Assembly: GCA_029953675.1 (NCBI GenBank)
Contig: JAMWBK010000006.1
Span: 2,108,001 to 2,172,000, forward strand
Source: Rhodosorus marinus CCMP1338
Lineage: Eukaryota > Plantae > Rhodophyta
Reading direction: 5' to 3'
DNA: 64,000 bases
Position numbers and translations under genes: made by a program. The notes beneath the pieces were generated by a model, which did no database searches, had not been told where the DNA came from, and saw only the letters and a program-made list of their open reading frames with translations. This document shows, piece after piece, positions 1-11,366 of this stretch (positions are counted from its first letter, which is position 1; the number at the start of each line of letters is the position of its first letter).

Positions 1-728
1 GGTCGTGATCTTTTGCACCTCGAACTCTGTATAGTACTCTTCCAACGATGTTGTCCTCGTGGACTGGGCCGAATTGTCGACTGAAAGTGAAGCCACTTAC
101 GAATTAGTTCCCATCTGAAACGCTCGCTAGACCAGAATCTGAAACGCTCGCTAGACCAGAATCTGAAATGCTTTCAATGCTTGGCTTCACATCGCACCTG
201 TCTGGTTCCTTGCTTAGTTTATTGTCCCGTAGGACCCAGTATTCGTTATTCAAGGTGTAACTCTCCAGATCCGGGTCATCGGACACCATTTCGTCTCCGT
301 GTACTGCCATAATCCTTCTTACGTATTTCCTATCTTCCTTTGTCGGATCTCTCACAACGACGACATCGCCCTTAAATACTCGAGTATTGGGCATTTTCAT
401 TCTCCGAATAATTAGCTGAAGGAGGTGATCAGGGGAAAAAGCGAAATAGCAAAATCCAGCAACGCTTTCAGCATCAACGTGAAGTGACCGGAAGTCAACA
501 CATGAGCACTATGTGTACCTTGTCCCCGCTCTCCCCATGTTTGATGCGGGGGTTGAGAGTAGGCGACATTGAATTCCCCTTCATGACACTTAAAAACGTG
601 AGTGGTCTCTCCATATCCTCCTCGATCGTTTTCACCAGCGCCCAGAAGTTCTCGGGATTCGGCTTTTGGTAGGCGACGCTCCTAGCCGAGGCCATTACTC
701 TCAATGCCCAGTATCCTAAAGAAGTCAT
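1..728 (-). CDS. Peptidase S26/IMP-like mitochondrial inner membrane protease family protein (3' end runs off the window)
   Basis: Three exons (728-519, 415-198, 80-<1) joined by GT-AG introns give MTSLGYW...GNSMSPTLNP...GDK|LIIRRMKMPNTRVFKGDVVVVRDP...YVRRIMAVHGD...WVLRDN...EPDS|RQFGPVHEDNIVGRVLY. These match the S26 boxes GxSMxPTL and DSRxFGPV. Confidence 0.8.
114..168. repeat. 24-bp tandem repeat (2.3 copies) inside intron 2 of the IMP-like gene
   Basis: tctgaaacgctcgctagaccagaa at 114-137 and 138-161, plus a partial copy at 162-168. Confidence 0.95.
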
Positions 729-2242
729 GCCTCATCCAGAAACAAAAAGAAACATAAGCTCTCCAAAATCAACGCAAACGAATAAAATAGACAAACGAAA
801 GAGCACTTCGTTTCCCCTCGAAGAGTTCTAAACCGTTTCGGTATTCTATCCACCAAGCCACCCTCCCCTCTCCAGAAGAATGTGGGACGTCCCATTGAGT
901 GTCTCACACCAAGTGAACCGTTTCCAGCCTGGGAGCCTTGGATCCATTGGAGTAGGATCTCTACAGTGGCTTTGAGGTATCTAAAGACATCTTTGGAGCC
1001 ACGAAGAGTCGTACAAACGTTCAATCCCATCCCACATAGATGTGCGCGCAGGATCGCGATACTGGTTTACTCTGATAGCTAACCGCTGTAGAGTTTGACG
1101 AGGACCGCTCCTCCTTGAGCTCGCTCGAAGCACTGGAGCGACTCTTGAAGTTTTACGTGGGTTAATTGCTTATACTATGCTCCGTTTTCTGCCTGTATTT
1201 GAACATGATTGTGCCTCGACTGCCACTGAGGGCGAACCTGGCGTTAAACTGACAAATGCTCCGAGGTTGTTGAAGTAGCGATCTGACCACCATATCAGTA
1301 CAGTCATACAGGGCGAGCGGAATCTGTAAGGAACGGTCACAATGGACAACGCAAAAAAACCCTGACCTTCGAATAGGCGCACAATCCAGCCGGATCGCAA
1401 GATCGCTTCGGCCACGGATGCACAAGAGATGAACAATAAACGCAGCGGATTCGTGCACCGGAGAGTCGAATTATAGGTCTTTTATCTTTTTCATTGAAGA
1501 GCCTGTTGCACAGAGCCGCAAAGCCTCGCCAAGGAGGGAGCTGATCGCCTCGAAACCGAAGCGTTTCGTTTTTCGGAATAAGCACCGCCCATGAACAGCG
1601 GGTAACAGTACTGGCATCTTATGAGTACTATAGTTCAATTCAGAACCATCAACTACAACTATGACATCCCCGATCCTCTCTCAAGTCTGCAAACCCCAAC
1701 TCCACCCCAGCATGCACCAAACGCGCCTAACACTATTAACAAAAATTCCAAAATTCAATATTATCTCGTACACCGTTGGTCAAAGCTCTTTTGAATAAAT
1801 ATTATTTATTAACGTAACCTCCCAAATTGTATTTTTAGTTTTATTATAGGTAAATGTTTTTAGAAATAATTTATTCATATGCTCATTTGATTTAAATCGT
1901 GGTCAAAAATCAAAAAAAAATAAATGCGTTTCCGGTGTCAACGTTTAACATCCATTCTTGATGTTAGACACGGATCGGTTTTGGTATGTACAGAGCGGAT
2001 CTGTAGTAGTCCGGGGAAGGTGAGCTTGTTTAGGAGGAAGGGGGGAGAAGAGAGAGCGCTGAGGGGCGGGGGGGCTGGTGTAGATTGGATAGAGAAAGGT
2101 TTACCATTTAGCGTAGGCGCAGACGAACGGTTTGTGTTATAATCTTTGACGAAAGTTTTGTCAGTCTCGATACTCTTTGGAATCGACTTTTGAGCATTTG
2201 GGATTGGAGAAGGGGGTGTATTGTCTTGGAGGTTGAGCTAGG

Positions 2243-3571
2243 ATGGTACTGGTAACTCGCTTAGGAGGCGTTTCTAGGTTAGTGGGTCGTGTTGGGGCTG
2301 TGAACGGATCCAGATGGATTCATGGAACTGCTGCATTGGCGCAACAGGGGGTTGCGTACAATGAGAGGCTGTTTGGACACTTGGAGACTTCAGTGAACTC
2401 GTTTCCGATCTTGCACACGGGTGGTGTTCATCCTGTGCCCGTGACGTTGATGCCCGGAGAGGGCATTGGATTGGAGGTTGCAAACTCGATGATCAGAGTG
2501 TTTGAGGCCGCCGATGTCCCCGTGGAGTTTGAACGTTTTGAGTTTACTGATCTCGATGAGGGAGTGCCCGACGCGGTCGTCGCGAGCTTCCGGAAGAACG
2601 GCGTCGCCCTCAAGGGCCCCTTCAATACACCGGTAAAATCAAAGTCGAAGTCTATTAATATCATCCTGAGGACAACCTTCGATCTGTTCGCGAATGTCGT
2701 GCACTGTAAAAATATTCCCGGGGTGAAGACGCGCCACCCTGGAGTTGATGTGGTGGTCATTCGAGAGAATACGGAGGGTGAATACTCGGGCCTTGAACAC
2801 GAAACCGTTCCTGGTGTTGTGGAAAGCTTGAAGATCATTTCTCGTGAGAAATCCATTCGAATCGCAGAGTACGCATTCCAGTATGCAGAGAGGAACAATC
2901 GCAAGAAGGTTACTGCAGTGCACAAGGCCAACATCATGAAGCAAAGCGACGGGCTCTTCCTTCAGTGTTGCAAGGAGGTGGGTCTAATTCTCCGTGTAAG
3001 CTCTGTGGTCTCTTACACTAATCCCGATGAGTCATCCACTCTGTTAGGTTGCTGCGAAGTACCCATACATTGAATTTGACAACATGATTGTCGACAACAC
3101 GTGCATGCAGATGGCTTCGAAGCCCCAGCAGTTTGACGTTATGGTTATGCCAAATTTGTACGGGAACATTATCACAAATATTGCCTGCGGATTGGCCGGT
3201 GGGCAGGGACTGTTCCCCGGAGCGAATTTTTCTCCTACCGCGGCCATTTTCGAGCAGGCAACGAGGCACGCTGCGAAGTCGATTGGTGGAATGGACGTCG
3301 CCAATCCGTCGGCGACAATTCTTGCAGGGGTACTGAACCCGTTCCCTTTGAAGAGTCCTTTGACCTTAATGACTAACTCCGCATCTTGGTCTGTTTTATT
3401 GTATCAAAGGCAATGATGCTGCGATACCTCAAACTCAATGAGCAGGCTTCGGGTATAGAAACGGCTCTTTTGGAGGTTCTTCAGGACGGAAAAGTTCTCA
3501 CACCCGATTTGCCAGGCGGCAAGGCCAAGCTCTCTGATTTCACGAAGGCGGTGATTGCAAAATTAGACTGA
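2243..3571 (+). CDS. IDH1: NAD-dependent isocitrate dehydrogenase, regulatory (non-catalytic) subunit, mitochondrial
   Basis: Exons 2243-2977, 3048-3329, 3410-3571. Motifs [57 protein letters not shown]. Asn in place of the catalytic-subunit Asp residues (YGNIITN vs YGDIISD) indicates the regulatory type. Symbol follows yeast/plant nomenclature. Confidence 0.92.
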
Positions 3572-3798
3572 TCTCAACCGGTCTTGGAAAGTGGGAAAAT
3601 TCGTGATCTTCCTGGAGACCCTTCAAGCAATGGCACTCCACCCAAACGGTGTGCTCGTAGTATATTCTGCGCTCAGTTAAATTATGTTGTACACGTGAAA
3701 GTAGGTTGGAAATGATACTACATAGTTGATTCCGAGTGGTGAACTGCAGACGAACCCACAGCATCAGCTGATTTGAAAGCCTGTAGCGTGGCCGATGT

Positions 3799-5571
3799 TC
3801 AAACCACCCTATCAAAGCGTAGGACAACTTCCCGTAGATCGTCCGCAAGTGAACGAGCCTCAGTTTCTCCAACTGGACTTTCAACATAGATGCGGACCAA
3901 ATCCTCAGTCCCGCTGGGTCTGATGAAAGCACGAGTTCGAGCTGGCTGGCTGCCTACAAGAGAGTTAATAGCATCCTGAATTCCTGCTGGAGAGACCACT
4001 ACGAGCGGGATAAATACAAAGACAAAGCGGAAAGCGTTCTTCAGATGGTGAGCGGAAAAACTGACACTGGGCCCCGCGAGGCCTCCACCAAAGCTCAGCT
4101 GGTTCATTCTTCAGAAGTTCCCGACGAGATGCTCTCGTTGGCCTGGTATCATGTCCATGTGTGTGGATTCCGCGAGTCTCTTCTGCACCATATATGGAAA
4201 ACAAAATCCACGTCGGGCTTGACAGTGCACAACGAGAGCTTTCTGTCGGTCAACCTGGCTCATGGAAATAGAAAGCATATACGTACATTTCTGCTCGTCT
4301 GCATCCTCCGTCTGAAATTTGCTCTTATCTGACACTTTGACAACGGCGTTGCACGATGGGAAGCTACGGAAGATCCCGGTGAGCGAGGCAAAACCGCCTG
4401 ATGTTTGAGCGAACAGTGTCTCAAGCATGATGAGATTAGCGATTCCATCACCCACTGCCTGATTTGCTGTCTGCAAAGGATCAATAGTACCAGTGCTTTT
4501 TAGCAACGTCGTTGCCTGGTCGCTGAAGAGCACAGTCCCGTGTCCGTTGGGCTCCCAGTACGCTCCAATATCAAACTTCCTGGCTTCCTCTTCGAGGTGT
4601 TTCACACCCGTCTTCGCGCAGACAAGTTCAAGGGACGACATTGTTCGCAGATATGCTACACACGCGCCGTTGGTATACGCAGTGTAGACAGCACCGATTC
4701 TTAGGGTTTTGAGATCGTTCATCCCGTTGAGATGCCTCATAACAAAAGCCAGAATCTTGTCACCATCAACGAGCTCAAACAGATCGTCCTGAGAACGATA
4801 ATAGACCATTCTATCGGCATCACCATCCAGACTAGCGGATCGGTCAGCCGGGATGTGACCAACGGGTACGGTATTTTCTTTCTGAACATAATCAGCTCCG
4901 CAATTGAGGTTGATTCCCTTGTCTTTTCTGTCGTTGAATATGCTGATGCCAGATATTCTAGCCCTGCCGGCTATATCCTTGAGTGCCAACGCTCCGATCC
5001 CGTTTGCACAGTCTACAGACAGGCCCTGAATACCCGATGAGAGGGCAGAGGCCATCGCATCTCGGTATGCAGGCAGCGCTGAGCTGGAGTTCCTGCTCCT
5101 GACTATCCAATGAAGTTCAGGTGTAGTTACCTCTCCAACGTCGTGTACCTCGGAGTCGAATGCTGAGGCCCCAGCAAGTACCAACTCGGACAATTTGTGG
5201 CTGGATTCGCGAGTGTCACGTCCTACGACAACGACAGCCCTATTGCTTTGCTGCGATTCGGGAAAGCTTTTTAGAATCTCGTTCAAACTCTCAACCCCAT
5301 CCTCAGCGTTAACACACTTTTCAGCCAGTGCCTCCCAGCTTTGCGTCAGCATCCGGCCGTCCTGTTCGGTTATCTTCAGACCATTATCCCTCTCTGGATT
5401 ATGCGACGCCGTAACCATGACCCCTACCACCGATCCACCCAACACCTTCGATCTTAGACATGCAAGCGCACCACATCGCGCGAATGCCGGCTCCACAACC
5501 GACGCATCTCCTCGAAACCCGCCAGTCCCGTACCACAGAAAACGATCAGGCGTCCTCTTCAGACAATCCAT
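3799..5571 (-). CDS. PGM3: Phosphoacetylglucosamine mutase
   Basis: YGTGGFRG, VMVTASHNP (catalytic Ser), DGDADR metal loop, WEPNGHG sugar loop, FIRPSGTEDLVRIYVES phosphate loop. One intron at 4286-3999 restores EQK|LVSPAGIQDAIN. Confidence 0.95.
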
Positions 5572-6624
5572 CTTGCTTAACAACAGGATTATATCCTATC
5601 TATAACCACAGACGAACAAACAGAAAAAAAAAACAAGAAGAGTAAAACAAAATTTCGGGAGCAGCAAGAAAGGACTTTCCACAAAGCACGCTCCTTCCCA
5701 ACAAACCCGTCGCCTACCCAGAAGCGTTCCCAAGCGAAAGCAGCATAATACAAACAAGAAAGAAAATCAATGCGAAAGAGTCACCACCTATATCAGTCAT
5801 TATACATATCCTACCCTGCATTTTGCTCGGTTATAATCATTTATTTGGATTACTTTCTTGCCAATAGATTGATCTCATAGGTGACAATTAATTCTATCCA
5901 AAGTTTGTTCAATAAATGTGCCTTACTGTCACCTCCGAATTCGCTCTTTATTGTACTCAATCATTTATAGATGCTATAAACGAAATTATTTTGTATGTAT
6001 AGATTGAACATAGTATTGATGAGCATGACACTTAAGGAGCAATTGTCTGGTGATCGTTAATCAGGTTCCTGACACTGCTTTTGTGCGCTCGAGGCTTGCT
6101 GAGCATTGGGGGTCTGGAACGGAGCGGGACTTGTTGTGGGTTTTAGGAAAAATTCGCTACTTGAAAGCGAGAGGATAATAAAAGTGAAGATTTGATACGA
6201 AGCAACTGGGTTGCAATTGAGTAGTACTGACGAGCTTGTGGAATTTCTGTTTGATCTTGGGTTGCGTGGATGAACGGTTAGAGAACGGAGAGAGTGGTTT
6301 TTGTTCGGCGGGAGAGTGGTGGTCTCTGCGAGGTGAAAGCGTTCGTTGTGGAGCTCCCAGAAATCATTAATACAACATCCGTTTAAGTCTGTCAAGCAGA
6401 AGAAGTTCTCCTGCTCTCGTTGAACGCGAGGCACCATTCGGCAAATACGTCGTCGTCTTAACCGTGCAAGAGAGTGCTAGATCAACAGATTCAAGAAAGC
6501 ATCTTCTCTTATTTTGGAAGCCATGAATCAAGGCCACGCTGGTTGGTATTCAGACAAGTTCAGAGCCCATTTTCGCTCGGATCCAACGACCCCCTAATAA
6601 TCTCGCGTCGAGAATTTGGAGCTG

Positions 6625-6626
<2 letters not shown>

Positions 6627-6656
<30 letters not shown>
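6627..6656. repeat. (TC)15 microsatellite
   Basis: Direct read of the sequence just downstream of the ZIP gene stop codon. Confidence 0.95.
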
Positions 6657-6660
<4 letters not shown>

Positions 6661-6704
6661 GAATCTCATTGACATGGAGATATACAATATGAACAGAGTT
6701 CCGG

Positions 6705-8241
6705 CTACGTAAACTTGGCAAGCAAGCTCATCAAGGTGGCACTTAAACCGAATACAAAAACCCGTGGCCAGACAGGACTAAACTCTTCATCGCGCCTCAT
6801 GGCCTCCTGCGCTTGCTTCTTCATTTTTGCTTGCAGGGTAGGTAATTGGGCCTCAGTGTCATCAGTGCTACCGTTCGTATCTGAAGCCCCTCCTTCGTCC
6901 ATTACGTACAAAAGTGGTGTTGAAGAATGTGAGTTCAGTCTGAATGATCCTTTGCAAGTGAGGCATTCCGTGTGCGGCGTTCGAGGTTTTCCAGCTATGC
7001 ACAAAAGATACAAGTCACTTCGTGGACTCCGATCAGAATTAGGAAACACAAGACAGACCAATGCCCAAGTGGTCTTGTGAAGATCACGAGGGGAGAAAAG
7101 CAAAAGCAACAACCAAAGTGTATGAGTGAAAAACATCATCCTACCTTCTTTTCCATGGTTTGGGCGTTGAGGAAACTCCTCTGCAACAATTTCAACGAGT
7201 GAAACATAAATAAATATGCCGGCAGAAAATGCTGTGAGACTCCCTCGAATCAAGCTTGCCCCTTGGGACCCTTCGTCATACGCAGTTCCGAGATAAACTC
7301 CGAGGCAAGCTCCAATGGGTGTCATGACTGAAAATATTACAGCAATGGTGACCCTCTACGAATGTTGATGGTAAGTTCAAACGACGAAGCGATAACAGTT
7401 AGTAAACTTCCAGAACCGCAAATCCCCATGATTGTTGTAGCATACCGTTGATAAACCCAAGTGCTTCGCATTTCGTGCTAAACTCAATCCCAGGGCCAGC
7501 GCAGCGAAAAACTTATGGGCAATAATTGCCCATAGAATGGCGTAAAACTTCTCCGTGTATCGTGCGTTGGCACCCATTGCCAACCCTTCAAAGGCCGAGT
7601 GAAACGACAGCGCCCCGAACAGCATGTACATGACAAGAGTTTCGCTGGCGTTGTTTTGTGCAGGCCTGTCATCTGGGACGCCTGGCCTGCCGAATGGGAG
7701 GCATCGCTGAATCGCGTTCGATTGCACGAGCCTATCCAGAGCGAAAATTGTAAAGCACCCATACAACGCTAGTAAACCTCCAAGGGGATAGTCCCAACCC
7801 AGAGCGCTATCAAGCGCTTCGGACGCGTCCGGAAACATATGTACATAGCCAGCCGCGAGAAGTACACCAGCTGCAACGGCATTCCCATACCTGTCAAGCG
7901 ATTCCAAACTTTGATTAGATGTGACCTTTACATCGAACTCAACGAGTTGAGACATATTGGGAAAAGGTTCACGGGCGAAAAGATGCAAATAAATGCAGTT
8001 TCCATCCGGGCCCGAATTCCCCCCTCCTCTCAAGAAAGGCGAACAAGTTGTTCGCCAAAATAACGGGCTTCAACAAGCATTCATGCGGAGAGCACTTCTC
8101 TTACCGAAATAAATATTTCTCCGCTGAAGGTGACAGCTCCAGCCAAATTGGCATCAGGGCCCCCACCAGCGCTGTGATGAGCACGAAGAAGATTGGAGGT
8201 CCGGGACTCATCGCGCTCAGCTCTTGATCTAAACCAGTCAT
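6705..8241 (-). CDS. ZIP family (Zrt/Irt-like) zinc/iron transporter, multi-exon
   Basis: IFFVLITALVGALMP...FR|YGNAVAAGVLLAAGYVHMFPDA, ALSFHSAFEGLAMG (TM4 signature), IIAHKFFAALALG (TM5), MTPIG, AFSAGIFIYVSLVEIVAEEF. Intron 1 at 8104-7891. Start codon (8241 or 8211) is uncertain. Confidence 0.92.
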
Positions 8242-8263
8242 ACCTTAACGTCCATTAACAAAC

Positions 8264-8353
8264 CAATCCTACAAGAGAACCCTCGTCAGTAGCTGACAAC
8301 CCCAAACACAATCCTACAAGAGAACCCTCGTCAGTAGCTGACAACCCCAAACA
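8264..8353. repeat. Perfect 45-bp tandem duplication upstream of the ZIP start
   Basis: caatcctacaagagaaccctcgtcagtagctgacaaccccaaaca at 8264-8308 and 8309-8353. Confidence 0.95.
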
Positions 8354-9482
8354 ACCACCAAACAAAAACAAACACGACGCCACAGTCGTTTCGCAAGCCG
8401 TGGAAATGCAACCTCCGCTGCGTCTCTACCGCACAACAAATGTTAAATCAGCCAGCTTCTTTAAACTCTCGAAATGCGGTGCAATGTCGGAAACGGCTTC
8501 GTGCTTCTAAGACGGCTGGTTGGAAGACAAACCAATTTTTTCTCCTTTTCAATTCAAATCCCCCAAAAAATTCTCTGAGAGGTCTTCCATAAACGAGTCA
8601 ACGAGCAGGACGGAAAAGACGGCTGCGCTCAGGCATGAAAAGAGAACCAGCTTCAAACTGTTTATCGGTTCGCAAAAGATGCAGCGCACACTAGACTTAC
8701 TCCACAAAAGCACTTCAGATCTTGTTACCACGAGGCCAGTGGAACTAACTCCTTTGCTCGAACAAGTAAAACCAGCCGAAAACCAAAACGGATGGGAGAA
8801 GGGGGGAAAGCGAAGCCAAATGGTGATATTAGCAGCATTTCAAAGAGCTTATATATGTAGTCTACTTCGTTAGCGTTCTCCGAGAATGCATACATCATAC
8901 CAACGTATCCTCAAACAAACTGCGAACAGCTGTGCTCCAAAGTCTACATCACGGCACAGCTGTTGCGGAGTATGACGCGTGCAAGCAAATAATACGCATA
9001 ATAAAGACACGTGCAAGTAATTTATTGGAATGAAAAGGCTGAGAAAGACCGTAAGAGTAATTTATTGGAAAAAAAGGCTTAGAAAGACCTCAGCGGCGCG
9101 GGAGTAAGTAAAGGACACGTGCCGTTTCATGATTGCGTTAATAGGTATTCAAGATATGTTGAGTTCTATTTTAAGAAGTATCTGACCGCGGAATAATGAA
9201 AAGTATCTGCAACTTGTGTTGGTCGGGCTTGTGTGCGGTCAAAAAGCAGTTGGGACAGACTTTATGTCGAACGTATGTTGTGATGACTGGAAACATTTTC
9301 GCTGCCTGAAGCTGCATCTGTGCACGTGCCTTGGCTTTTTTCAGGAATATATCTGTCCATTCACGCTAGCGCAAGTTCGCACCTCCGCATGTGTGCAAAC
9401 GATGAGCACAAGCTTCTCCTAGGTGGTATCTATTAAAATTTCCCAAAATCCTATTTTCACCGATCTCAAGTTTTCAAAGAGT

Positions 9483-10479
9483 TCATTTGACTAGGCCGTA
9501 GTTCCTTTTCCTTGTAGCGAACCACCTAAAAGCTTCTGCGACCTCCTTCTCATCGAAATCAGGCCACAAGATGTCACTGAAGTACATCTCCGAGTAGGCG
9601 CTCTGCCACAGGAGAAAATTCGACAACCTCTTCTGTCCACCTGTTCTGATGATCAAGTCCGGATCGCCAACAGATTCACCTGTCCCACCAACAAACACCC
9701 AATGGTTTTTAGAGTTTCTAGGTCTCAGAAGCATTGGCCTGCGCGTCACAGAACAGAATCCAATGGAAAGCCAGGCAACTCACTTCGTAAATATTCATCG
9801 AACATTCGCTCGTCGACAGCCTCAGCATCTAGTTTACCCTCTCGAACATCGACAGCCAGCCTTCTTGCTGTGTCGGCGATCTCTGCTCGACCTCCGTAGT
9901 CAATTGCCATTGTAAGTTGGAGCCTATATTCATGAGGATTCTTATCTTTGGACGTCAGCTTCGTAACTATGTCCAAGCGCTTTCGTAAAAATTCTGGTAT
10001 GTGAACCGAACTTCCTATCCACTTCAACCTTACCAAAGGTTTCTCCTCAAGAATCTGGACGACCTCCTGCGAGTAATTTTAGGGCAGTTTGGATCACTCA
10101 GCGAACAGGAGCAGAATATTTTGCGCCTTCGGTAGGAATTTATGAGAGTACGTACTGAGATGAGCTCCATCAGTACGGAGATTTCCTTTGGGGAACGATT
10201 CATGTTCTCCGTCGAACATACGAAAACAGTTACCTGCGGTATCTCCAGCCGCATGCACAAGTTAACTACCTTTTCAAGCGTTCGAGATCCAGCTGAATGT
10301 CCTTCAGGCCTACTTAGCCCTCTTCCTTCGGCCCATCGACCGTTGCCATCCGGGATTAGGGCAACATGACCAGGCAACTGTGCCGAGTTCACCTCAATCT
10401 CATTGAGAGAGAACCTCTCACAGCAGCAAAGACTAGGCCTCCGTGAAGGTACTAACTTTGACTGTACAATAAATCCCAT
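9483..10479 (-). CDS. cis-prenyltransferase (undecaprenyl/dehydrodolichyl diphosphate synthase family), probably plastid-targeted
   Basis: [75 protein letters not shown], spread over several exons. The N-terminus [16 protein letters not shown] resembles a red-algal transit peptide. Confidence 0.92.
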
Positions 10480-11366
10480 TCCAGCCAGTCGGAACCATAA
10501 GATAGGCACGGTTCATTCCACCCGCCGCAGCATATCCCATCCACAACGGCCCGAGGCCGAGATTTGGATCCCAAACTGTTTCTTGAACAAGGTGGTCGGG
10601 GAGCTTGCCATCAAGCACCAAAACAAATGGCGGTGACGTTTCCGGATAATTATGATCCTTGAATACTAGTCTGTCGCGTGCCTCTATGTGGCACAACATC
10701 GACCAGGTCATAGCTCAACGAATGTAGTTCCTGCCTAAGATCAGACAAGGGGAGCTTAACCATCCACGATGGTTCAAAATATTGACAGTTTAAGCGTTAA
10801 AAATGACTTAACAGATTTTCAAATCATCTAAAACTCTTACATGACCCCATTCATCCTCATATCAGCGACAACCTCTTCTGGAGAACGACGTTGAAGCAAA
10901 ACGCTCATAAGCGTCACTCAGTCAAAAATCATACAGTACTTCATAAAATTTATTTAATTGTATATATTCTTACTTTTTGATTGAATAAGGTAGTGATACT
11001 TTTATTGACATCGCGTTGAGAAGGTGATGGTAGATTGAACGGATTTTGCACTTTCTTGGAACCAACAAATGGTGAGGGCGTGGTGAAGCGATGGGGGGTG
11101 TGGTGAAGCGATGGGGGATATGGTGTAGAATGGAAGCTGGTTATGAACAGAACGAACAGGAATGACCATCAACGGAAGTGGATTATTATCGTCTTTTCGA
11201 CTATAAAATCCTCTGAGCTTGATTTGTTTTGTTAGTTGTGCTAGGGTATTGTTGTTGCAGTGGTGAATTGCGCTTGAGTTGGAGGCTAAAAGCACCTTGG
11301 CTATGCTTGCGTAGCCTTGTCTTGCCTTGTGTAGTGCTCGTTTTCTTAGGCTTGGAGAGAAGAATC

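Noticed and set aside
725-1700. Several overlapping 66-101 aa ORFs between the IMP-like and IDH genes
   Set aside because: A gene may be present, but I could not assemble a consistent spliced model or recognise a family.
10480-10711. ORF 10433-10711 as an N-terminal exon of the cis-prenyltransferase
   Set aside because: It is in a different frame with no convincing splice. MGFIV at 10479 already gives a typical transit-peptide start.
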